Assembly (NCBI GenBank): GCA_034003325.1
Contig: JAVEYW010000006.1
Location: forward strand, 4,362-68,361
Direction: 5' to 3'
DNA length: 64,000 nucleotides
DNA from: Desulfobacterales bacterium
GTDB lineage: Bacteria > Desulfobacterota > Desulfobacteria > Desulfobacterales > JAFDDL01
The notes beneath the pieces were generated by a model that did no database searches, was not told where the DNA came from, and was given only the letters and a program-made list of their open reading frames with translations. Both the position numbers and the translations under genes were made by a program. Shown here piece after piece: positions 18,772-26,620 of this stretch; within the stretch, counting starts at the first letter, position 1, and the number at the start of each line of letters is the position of its first letter.

Positions 18772-21015
18772 CTATAGCACCTTGCAGTAGGTGGACTTTC
18801 CATCACCCGGCGCGTAAAAGTCTTCCATTACCGAGGCCACCCGGTAGCCGTGCTGCTCGTAAAAGGCACGGGTGCTGGCGTACTGAACGCGCTGAGATGT
18901 TTCCACATACATGCGGGTTCCGCCGGCCTCCCGGGTCATTTTTTCGCTCTCAGCCAATAATTTGCTTCCCAGGCCCCGGCTCTGGAAATCCGGATGCACC
19001 GCAATCCAATAGAGGTCGTAGGCGGAAGCCGTGCACGCGATCGGGCCGTAACAGGCATAGCCGACCAAGCGGCTGTACTGCTCGGCCAAAATGAATCTGT
19101 ATCCGCTGGCTTCACCCGTGTCCAGATAGGTCTGCACCAGTTCCATGGCCACACCGATTTCCGCATCATTGAAAAATCCGGTGATTTCCACCAAGCGCCC
19201 GATGCGCTCTTTGTCTCTGGGAAGGAGATTGGTTCTATAGGTTACGTTGTTGAGATAAGGAAAATGCACGTCTTTTTTCATGCTGTGTTGAACGCCGGCC
19301 GCCGAAATTCCGGTAAAGAACCGCAAGGCGTTGGTGCCCAGGGTGCGGGTCCGATAACCGCCTTCCTGAACAACGAGCGTGGGAAGACCGGCCGCGCCGA
19401 TCATTTTCCCGTTGATCTCGAAGTCTTTTCCCGTGAGCGACCAGGTGCCGGTGGGATCACCCTTGGCCGGATCGAGTCCCAACGCCACGACGAGAAAGGT
19501 GGGACGGAAGTCTTTTATTCGTTCCAAGGCCAAGGCGAGGGCTTTGTGGTATTTTTCGCCGGTGACCGATTCAGGTAGCGGCAGGTTCAGGTTGAAGCCT
19601 TCACCGTCCGCCGCACCGATGTCATCTTCAAATCCGGAAAAATAGGGATATGCGAACTTCGGATGACCGTGAATGGATACCGTAAAGACATCGGATCGCT
19701 CGTAGAAAATATTCTCTTGGCCGTTTCCGTGGTGGTAATCGATATCCAGAATGGCGACCCGGCCATAGGCCCTGAGAAACTGGGCCGCAATAGCGACATT
19801 GTTGAAATAGCAGAACCCGCCAAAGGTTTTGCGTTCGGCGTGGTGACCGGGTGGGCGGACCAGGGCATAGGCAATGCGTCGACCGTCTAAAATTTCCTTT
19901 GCCGCCGTGAGCGCACAATCCACTCCGTGGCGTGCCGCTTTATACGCGTTTCGGTTTAAGGGGGTAAAGGTGTCGATACAATAATAGCCGGCCAGCACAG
20001 AGCGATCCTTGGGCGGCCGGGTCTGATTCCGAATGGGAAACACATACGGATAAAGGGATTTGCCATCGGGCACCTCCAGGCAGGTTCGGCGCAAATAGGT
20101 TATGAACCCATTGTCGTGAACCGCTGAAATGTGCTTGTCCGGAAAGCTTCGCGGTTTGATCGTGTCAAAAAGACCGCTTTTATCCAGTTCGGCCATAATG
20201 CTTTCGACCCGAACCGGGGCTTCAACATATCCCCGCTCATGAATGTGGTGAATGGTGTGGTGTGTGGTGACGACGATGGCCATGCGTTCCAACGAGCGTC
20301 CCTCGACTTTCGAACGGACCGCTTCGGGCTTTACATATTGAAAGGGTCGCAACCGAACCGGGTTGTCCTTTATGGAATCCACAACTTTTTTGACATATTC
20401 CGGCGGGCAGTATTCTGCGTATTTTCGTTCCAAAATCGCTTGAACCACTTTTTTCATAAAGCCGGGTTTGAGCTCGCGCTGCTTGCTTAAGCCGTCATAA
20501 ACCAAATGCGGCATACAGACATCTTCCGGCTTCACCGGGCTTTCATAGCCGGTGTGGATGATGGGGCGGGCGCCGTATTGTTCGTAGAAGCGAAGACGCT
20601 TTTGGTTCTCTTTCAATAGGGCCGTATCCGGGCAAAGGCTTGCTTCGTCGGGCAGGCATTCGAAAAAAAGCCCGGCTGTTCCCAGTGCATCGGCTTCCTG
20701 CCGGACGCGCTCATACAGGGCGCCCCCGACGCCGCTGCGAATGTCCGCGGTGGCGATCCAGTCGAGATAGCAAAACCCGATGTCCGGCTCATAGAGGACA
20801 AGCGCAAATCCCAACACCCGGTTTCGAAGATTTTCGGCGACGAACAGAACGCTTCGAAAGCGCTGCTTAAAGGGATTGCGCAGTTTTTCGCCGATGCTTT
20901 CAATTTCTTCCTCTGGCACTGAGCTGAACCTGAACCGAAGAATGTCCTTTACCTGGCGAAGCGTATCCACATTGCCGGGAAGGACATCATCATAAATGCG
21001 TCGTATGCGGATCAT
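18772..21015 (-). CDS. Three-domain fusion: GNAT acetyltransferase, histone-deacetylase-family (acetylpolyamine/acetoin AcuC-like) amidohydrolase, GNAT acetyltransferase
   Basis: ATG 21015 overlaps the upstream stop (ATGA). N-terminal GNAT motif IRSGVGGALYERV. HDAC motifs VRPPGHHA and LDIDYHHGNG. C-terminal GNAT motif FQSRGLGSKLL. 747 aa. Confidence 0.85.
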   Translation of the reverse strand: MIRIRRIYDDVLPGNVDTLRQVKDILRFRFSSVPEEEIESIGEKLRNPFKQRFRSVLFVAENLRNRVLGFALVLYEPDIGFCYLDWIATADIRSGVGGALYERVRQEADALGTAGLFFECLPDEASLCPDTALLKENQKRLRFYEQYGARPIIHTGYESPVKPEDVCMPHLVYDGLSKQRELKPGFMKKVVQAILERKYAEYCPPEYVKKVVDSIKDNPVRLRPFQYVKPEAVRSKVEGRSLERMAIVVTTHHTIHHIHERGYVEAPVRVESIMAELDKSGLFDTIKPRSFPDKHISAVHDNGFITYLRRTCLEVPDGKSLYPYVFPIRNQTRPPKDRSVLAGYYCIDTFTPLNRNAYKAARHGVDCALTAAKEILDGRRIAYALVRPPGHHAERKTFGGFCYFNNVAIAAQFLRAYGRVAILDIDYHHGNGQENIFYERSDVFTVSIHGHPKFAYPYFSGFEDDIGAADGEGFNLNLPLPESVTGEKYHKALALALERIKDFRPTFLVVALGLDPAKGDPTGTWSLTGKDFEINGKMIGAAGLPTLVVQEGGYRTRTLGTNALRFFTGISAAGVQHSMKKDVHFPYLNNVTYRTNLLPRDKERIGRLVEITGFFNDAEIGVAMELVQTYLDTGEASGYRFILAEQYSRLVGYACYGPIACTASAYDLYWIAVHPDFQSRGLGSKLLAESEKMTREAGGTRMYVETSQRVQYASTRAFYEQHGYRVASVMEDFYAPGDGKSTYCKVL

Positions 21016-22037
21016 TTGGGACCCCCATTTTCTCGATCCGCAACCATGAGGATGCGTTCGACGGCCGCCCAAAACGGAATTCCCGCCTGCGCCAGGGCCG
21101 CGGCAAAGCCGGCGTCCGGCGAAAGGCACGGGTTGGCGTTGACTTCAAGAATCCATGGCGCACGGTTTGAATCGACACGAAAGTCCACCCGGGCATATCC
21201 TTTCAACCCGAAGCAGTGCCAGGCGGACAAGGCCTTTTCTGCCAGCGTTTTTAGAAGCGGCCGGTCCTCGGGCGCAAAGGTGAAGCGCCGAGGCGTGTGC
21301 GAGTATTCATAAGCAGTTGAATCCCATTTGGCCCGATACCCGACGATGCGGGGTTTCTCCGGCCCGTACCCCATAAATTGAATTTCCGCGGGCGGTAGCA
21401 CCACCGGTCCATCCGGTCCGTCCAGCACCGAGAGGTTGAACTCGCGTCCCTCGATAAAGGTTTCGGCAAAGCACGCGCCGCCAAGATCCGTTGCCCGGGT
21501 GGCCATTTCAGCCACCACCGCATCGGCTGAAACTCCGCTTAGAAGTCCGTCTTCATCCAGACCGATGGAGGCGTGCTCCCAGACGGATTTGATGATCCAG
21601 GTCTTGGCCTCAATTTCTTGCGCTATGCCGGGTTTTTGAATGGGACTTTCCGTTGCCGGATAGGGGCCGAGCCAGTCCGGGGTCGGCAACCCGCTGGCGC
21701 GCATAACGGTTTTCGCCATGATTTTGTTTGAAGAAAGCATCATGGCGTCGGCTTGAGCGCCGGTGAAGGGGAAATGGTTCGCTGCCAGGAAAAAGGGCAC
21801 CAGGTGAATCAGCGCACCGCTTTGCCCAAGGGATTCTACCAGGTTAAAGACCATGTTCGGCGCTGCGTGGGAAAGCCGCTGCTTGAGTGCGGACAAATTA
21901 AGATCACAGGGAAGCACCACCGCATCGTGGCCCAGGTGCTCTAACGCGTCGCTGATGGCCGCAACCTGGGCCAGCACGTCTTTCTCATCCGGTGCGCTTT
22001 CATCAAGAATCGCGTTGTGAAGGATGGTTACGCGCAT
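21012..22037 (-). CDS. ATP-grasp ligase, divergent D-Ala-D-Ala-ligase-like
   Basis: ATG 22037 (MRVTILHNAILD..) lies 5 nt after the upstream stop. ATP-grasp C-terminal region ..GYARVDFRVDSNRAPWILEVNANPCL... Confidence 0.8.
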   Translation of the reverse strand: MRVTILHNAILDESAPDEKDVLAQVAAISDALEHLGHDAVVLPCDLNLSALKQRLSHAAPNMVFNLVESLGQSGALIHLVPFFLAANHFPFTGAQADAMMLSSNKIMAKTVMRASGLPTPDWLGPYPATESPIQKPGIAQEIEAKTWIIKSVWEHASIGLDEDGLLSGVSADAVVAEMATRATDLGGACFAETFIEGREFNLSVLDGPDGPVVLPPAEIQFMGYGPEKPRIVGYRAKWDSTAYEYSHTPRRFTFAPEDRPLLKTLAEKALSAWHCFGLKGYARVDFRVDSNRAPWILEVNANPCLSPDAGFAAALAQAGIPFWAAVERILMVADRENGGPK

Positions 22038-22042
22038 GATGA

Positions 22043-23041
22043 TTATCTCATTTTGCTCGCCGGAATGCGGCTCATGGCCGAAGATAGAATTCGCTCGATC
22101 AGGGTTCGATAGGAAATTCCGATCAGACCGCAAAGGATGGGCAGATCCGAGTGCTCGGGATGCAGTCCGGCCAGGGGGTTTACTTCCATGAAAAGGGGGT
22201 TCCCCTTTTCATCGCACCGAAGATCGATGCGACCGCCGTCCCGACATCCCAGGGCGCGCCAAGCTTCAAGGGAGACTTCTTCGGCCGTCTTGACGGTGAT
22301 ATCCGCATCGGCAGGAACCAGTCGATAGGTGACCCGTTCCTCGCTTTGCTCCTTATTGACATAAGAGTAAACGCCGGCCTCCGCTTTTTCACCGAGGAGC
22401 ACTTCCATGGTGCCGAGCGTTACGGCGTCTTTTCCGGTGCCGATGATGCCCACCGTGAATTCCCGCCCCGGCAGATACGGCTCAAGCAGCACGGGCTGGC
22501 GGAAGACATCTATCATTTGGGCGCACGCCGGCTTTACCCGTTCTGCTTGCCGGATAATGGAAGCGGGGCTAACGCCTTTGCCGGTTCCCTCGGCGACGGG
22601 CTTGATAAAATAGGGCGGTGAAAAGGGAATGTGAATATCATCCGCGGCGTATTCCACCACCACAAAATCCGATGTGGGGATACCGTTATCCCGCAGAATT
22701 CGTTTGGTCATGCCCTTATGTAAGGTAAGGCTCATGACCAGCGGATCGGAGAAGGTATAGGGGATTCCATAAAGATCCAAAATGGCGGGCACCTGGGCTT
22801 CCCGGCCGCTGCCGGAAAGCCCTTCGGCAATGTTAAACACCATATCCCATCGGTCGCCGGCCGCGAGCCGTTCGGTGAGCTTGCGGCCGGTTCCGATTCG
22901 ATCGGTTCGATGACCCAGGGAACGAAGCGTGTCTTCGAGGGCCGTGATGGTATCGTCCCGGTCGAACTCGGCCGTTTCGTCTTCGCTATAGCCCATGGCG
23001 AGGTATTCGGAACGAAGGTCATACGTTAATCCGATGATCAA
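22043..23041 (-). CDS. ATP-grasp ligase, D-alanine--D-alanine ligase family
   Basis: TTG start overlaps the kamA stop (TTGA). ..FIKPVAEGTGKGV.., ..GGRIDLRCDEKGNPLFMEVNPLAGL... 332 aa. Confidence 0.85.
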   Translation of the reverse strand: MIIGLTYDLRSEYLAMGYSEDETAEFDRDDTITALEDTLRSLGHRTDRIGTGRKLTERLAAGDRWDMVFNIAEGLSGSGREAQVPAILDLYGIPYTFSDPLVMSLTLHKGMTKRILRDNGIPTSDFVVVEYAADDIHIPFSPPYFIKPVAEGTGKGVSPASIIRQAERVKPACAQMIDVFRQPVLLEPYLPGREFTVGIIGTGKDAVTLGTMEVLLGEKAEAGVYSYVNKEQSEERVTYRLVPADADITVKTAEEVSLEAWRALGCRDGGRIDLRCDEKGNPLFMEVNPLAGLHPEHSDLPILCGLIGISYRTLIERILSSAMSRIPASKMR

Positions 23042-24351
23042 TGAACGTGTTCTCCCAATCCGTCTTCAGTTGCGGTGTCGGGGTATCGAAACACCCGGTT
23101 TTCATAATTGCTCAGCAGCAGATTCCCCTCAGCCCGGCCGACCCGGTATTCGGGCAATAACGGAATCTTCCCGCCGCCCCCCGGTGCATCCACCACATAG
23201 GTGGGCACGGCGTATCCGCTGATAAAGCCTCTTAAGCCTCGAATGATATCGAGTCCCTTTTGAATGGGGGTGCGGAAATGGCCCGACCCGGTGATGGGAT
23301 CGCACTGGTACAGGTAATAAGGCCGAACCCGCATTTTCAGCAGATGGTAGACCAGCTCCCGCATGGTGTCAACCTGATCATTGATGCCTTTTAAAAGCAC
23401 GGTCTGCGAGCCTAAGGGAATACCGGCATCCGCCAGCATGCCGCAGGCCCGGTATGTTTCGGGCGTGCCCTCGTCCGGATGCGTGAAATGAAGGCTCATC
23501 CAGAGGGGATGATGTTTTTTGAGCATGCGTGTCAGTTTGGGCGTAATCCGCTGGGGCAGCACCGCCGGCACCTTGGTCCCGATGCGAATGATGTCCAGGT
23601 GCGGAATGCGCCGCAACCGGGTCAGCAGCCAGTCGAGCCGGTCGTCATTCAGGGTCAGCGGGTCTCCGCCCGACAAAATAACATCGTGAATGGCCGGGGT
23701 GGCGGCAATATAGTCGATGGCGCGCTCCAGGCGCTTTTTGCTCGGGAAAATGCTTCGTTTGCCCACGACCCGGCTGCGGGTGCAGTACCGGCAATAGGTG
23801 GAGCAAAAGTCGAGCACGAGCAGCAGGGCGCGGTCCGGATACCGGTGCACCAGTCCCGGAACCGGGCTCTGAGCTTCTTCGTGAAGCGGATCATCGGCCT
23901 CGCAAGGCATTCGCAAAAACTCGCCGGTCGTCGGAATCACGGTCCGTCGTAGCGGTTGCAACGCATCCTGCCGGGAAATCAAGCTGGCGTAATAGGGGGT
24001 GATCCCCAGCGGCAGCTTGTTTTCGGGTTGGGACAATGCGATTCTTTCGTCCTCGGACAAGGTGATCAGGGTTTCCAGATGCGGCAGTTTATTAATCCGG
24101 TTGCCGATCTGCCATTGCCAATCGTTCCATTGTTTGTCTGAAATGTCGGGGTAAAAGCGTTTTCGGAAATCGCGGGTCTTGGCGGTTGAACGGGTTTGTC
24201 GGGGCGCCCTGGCCGTGGGGGCTGTATCCAGGTTGATAATGGATACAATGGCCGGTGCCGGCACGGAATAGAGCGCTGAACTCGGAGGTTCCTCAACTTT
24301 CTCGTCGGACTGATCTTCCACGCTGGGTTCAATTTGCATGAGCGTTTGCAT
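23038..24351 (-). CDS. kamA: Radical-SAM lysine 2,3-aminomutase (KamA/AblA family) with about 90-aa low-complexity N-terminal extension
   Basis: CSTYCRYC (CxxxCxxC). ..WNDWQWQ.., YQCD and VVDAPGGGGK motifs. ATG 24351 (MQTLMQIEP..) with AAGGGA upstream is preferred over the track start at 24462. Confidence 0.85.
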   Translation of the reverse strand: MQTLMQIEPSVEDQSDEKVEEPPSSALYSVPAPAIVSIINLDTAPTARAPRQTRSTAKTRDFRKRFYPDISDKQWNDWQWQIGNRINKLPHLETLITLSEDERIALSQPENKLPLGITPYYASLISRQDALQPLRRTVIPTTGEFLRMPCEADDPLHEEAQSPVPGLVHRYPDRALLLVLDFCSTYCRYCTRSRVVGKRSIFPSKKRLERAIDYIAATPAIHDVILSGGDPLTLNDDRLDWLLTRLRRIPHLDIIRIGTKVPAVLPQRITPKLTRMLKKHHPLWMSLHFTHPDEGTPETYRACGMLADAGIPLGSQTVLLKGINDQVDTMRELVYHLLKMRVRPYYLYQCDPITGSGHFRTPIQKGLDIIRGLRGFISGYAVPTYVVDAPGGGGKIPLLPEYRVGRAEGNLLLSNYENRVFRYPDTATEDGLGEHVH

Positions 24352-25098
24352 GATTTTTCCCTTTGACTGAGCAATTGTAACGGTTATGGTCGCGGCCTGG
24401 TTTTTAAGGCCTTTTTTGGTTTCTACCTCACCCGCAAAGCAAGACACATGCCAATTTTGCAACTAATTGTATTATATTGTAATTAATGTAAAAGCCCCTT
24501 ATTTACGAACTCCGGGTTCCGGTTTCTTCATTTGCCTGTTTATGAGGCATGCGCGAGGGCGATATGCTGATCGGTCCGGTCAGAGGGTCGAAAGCGCCTA
24601 TTCAATAGGGCGTTAACGCAAGAAGATGATATAAAACGGCTTGTTGGATCGAACCTGTCTCCATAAGGCCAATGAATGCGTTTGTTTATTGATAGTTGAG
24701 GGGCTGATAAGCCCAAACGAAATTCCTGGGGACATCCCATCAGGGCCATTTCGTGCTCACCGGCCGAATTGGGTCTTTGGAAAATCGGAATATTGGGGGC
24801 TTTTTAAGAGTCAACCCATTTAAATTAAATGATATTGTTTGTTACAGAACATAGAGTTCCGCTTATGGCTGGTTTGCGGATAAAACGGAACTGTCATATC
24901 TTTTTTAATCGGTATCGGTGCGGCGGAAGAATATCAACGCACAATTGTTTTTTTGATAGCATTTCCAATGGGATGTTGTCCCCATCACCATGCGGAGCAT
25001 TGAGAATAAGCGATTTTTGCTTTGATGCGGGTAGCCGGAATGTGCTGGACGAGGCCCTAAGGGCGCGGTGAGCGAATTCATTTTCCGGACTTTTGGTG

Positions 25099-25190
25099 GT
25101 AGCCTTTGGCACGAAAGAGCGTATATCACTGGAGAAGGTCGGTGGCTGCCAAGCAGTCCAGCCGCCCAGCTTAAGGCCTTGCCGGGTTAG
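25099..25190 (+). repeat. Intergenic repeat, subtype B, 5'-truncated
   Basis: TAGCCTTTGGCACGAAAGAGCGTATATCACTGGAGAAGGTCGGTGGCTGCCAAGCAGTCCAGCCGCCCAGCTTAAGGCCTTGCCGGGTTAG aligns to the B copies at 53148 and 63153. It lacks ATCAGAAACAT. Confidence 0.8.
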
Positions 25191-25295
25191 GCCCTTTACC
25201 AGAAACAGGCACGCTTTTGCGTGTATATTTGCCGAAGGTGAAAGATGGCTTGTATGCATCCCAGCATCCCAGCATCCGGCTTTGCCGGATTAGGC
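25187..25295 (+). repeat. Intergenic repeat, subtype A, head-to-tail with the preceding B copy
   Basis: TTAGGCCCTTTACCAGAAACAGGCACGCTTTTGCGTGTATATTTGCCGAAGGTGAAAGATGGCTTGTATGCATCCCAGCATCCCAGCATCCGGCTTTGCCGGATTAGGC. Confidence 0.9.
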
Positions 25296-25862
25296 TATCA
25301 AAATCATGCCGGTCCAGGTGATCTTGTCGGCATGAAATTTTCCGTCCAAATCAAGGCGCTCAAGCAACGCGATCACGTCTATCCCCAATGCTTCCATTGA
25401 GGTCCTTGCTCGGGACGGATATGGGCAAGGTTTTCCCATAAAGCCCGCGCAGGGATTGCATCGTTCACAGCTGCCACCGATCAGACCCATAAGGGTGGAA
25501 ATCCCCATCTCTTTTTGAAGATATCGTTCTGTTTCTAGTATGATGTCGTGCAGCGTTCGCTTTGTTGCGTTCAGTCCGACGGTATCCGTTTCGACATTCA
25601 GGCCCTTTGAATATTGAATGAGAATTGCGTCGGTAAATGTGCTTATTTTTTCCGCAGCCTCAGGGATTGTCCCGACGAATGGGGGACACATCAGGTGGTT
25701 GCCGTAGCACCCGCATTTATTTTCGGTGCAAAATCGCCTTATTTTTTCTTCCGGCACAAGGAGGCGTGCGCTTGGAATGAATTGGCAGAGTGTGGCGCCT
25801 AATTTTCGTATTTGCGCACAGAGGGTGTCGCAGTTCAGGTCACGAGTCGTCTCGCTGGACAT
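25290..25862 (-). CDS. Cys-rich metal-binding protein, DUF2284-like
   Basis: 190 aa with multiple Cys clusters (CTENKCGCYGNHLMCPP, CERCNPCAGFMGKPCPYP). Family assignment from recollection of the DUF2284 pattern. Confidence 0.65.
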   Translation of the reverse strand: MSSETTRDLNCDTLCAQIRKLGATLCQFIPSARLLVPEEKIRRFCTENKCGCYGNHLMCPPFVGTIPEAAEKISTFTDAILIQYSKGLNVETDTVGLNATKRTLHDIILETERYLQKEMGISTLMGLIGGSCERCNPCAGFMGKPCPYPSRARTSMEALGIDVIALLERLDLDGKFHADKITWTGMILIA

Positions 25863-25864
25863 CG

Positions 25865-26383
25865 TTACCCCTTCGTCGGCGGGACGATAATAACCGGTAC
25901 CGGGGAGAGTCTTAATACTTCCAGGATAACCTTGGAGACGGACTTGTCCGAACGCCTGTTTTTATGGGCGCTGAGAATGATCAAATCGCTTTCCAGTTCT
26001 TGTGCGGTCGAAAGAATTCCGTTTACCACGTCGCCTTTTTTGACGATAATTTCATCGGGCCGCAAAAAACAGCCGGGGCGGCTGCTCATCGAGTCCTGCC
26101 AATATCCGGACAGCGTGGAATGGATAATTTCGCTTTCTTTGCGTTTGCCGATCAGGATTGATCGGGTATCTTTTTCATGCTCCCGTAGAATCTGTTCATA
26201 GCGCTCTTCCCCCAGCATGTTTTTGACCTGCATTTCCGTGCTGATGGGGGGTGTTTCAATGATATGAAGCAACGTGATGTTCCCTTGGCATGCTACGGCA
26301 AGATTGATCGCATAACCATAAGAATTCCGGCACTCTTTTGACAGATCCGTTGCAAAAAGTATTTTTTTGATATCATGTTCCAT
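25865..26383 (-). CDS. Universal stress protein (UspA family)
   Basis: KKILFATDLS.. start and ..VLRLSPVPVIIVP.. end are typical of Usp. 172 aa. Confidence 0.85.
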   Translation of the reverse strand: MEHDIKKILFATDLSKECRNSYGYAINLAVACQGNITLLHIIETPPISTEMQVKNMLGEERYEQILREHEKDTRSILIGKRKESEIIHSTLSGYWQDSMSSRPGCFLRPDEIIVKKGDVVNGILSTAQELESDLIILSAHKNRRSDKSVSKVILEVLRLSPVPVIIVPPTKG

Positions 26384-26620
26384 AACTTACCTCGATTCAA
26401 AGGGTCCCGTTGTGCTTTGATGGCGCATCAGCCGGATTATGTCAGTGCGGCTGTATTCCGAAAAAATATATTTTTGGAATTATAAGCACACCCCACGATT
26501 TTTTGGAATAAAAAAGTAGGACGATTTTGTACTGCATTCCCCGCAACATGGGGCGCCGCGCAGCGGTGAAAATGAGGGTGCCACCGCCGTGCCGTGCTGA
26601 ATACGGTCTATTGCCGATAT

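Noticed and set aside
11605-24351. The idea that the kamA cluster is an EpmB-type system that beta-lysylates EF-P or the nearby YeiP
   Set aside because: No EpmA/PoxA-like lysyl-tRNA-synthetase paralogue is in the window. YeiP has Arg, not Lys, at the loop tip. The two loci are 11 kb apart on separate transcription units. The partners here are Ddl-like ligases and GNAT/HDAC domains.
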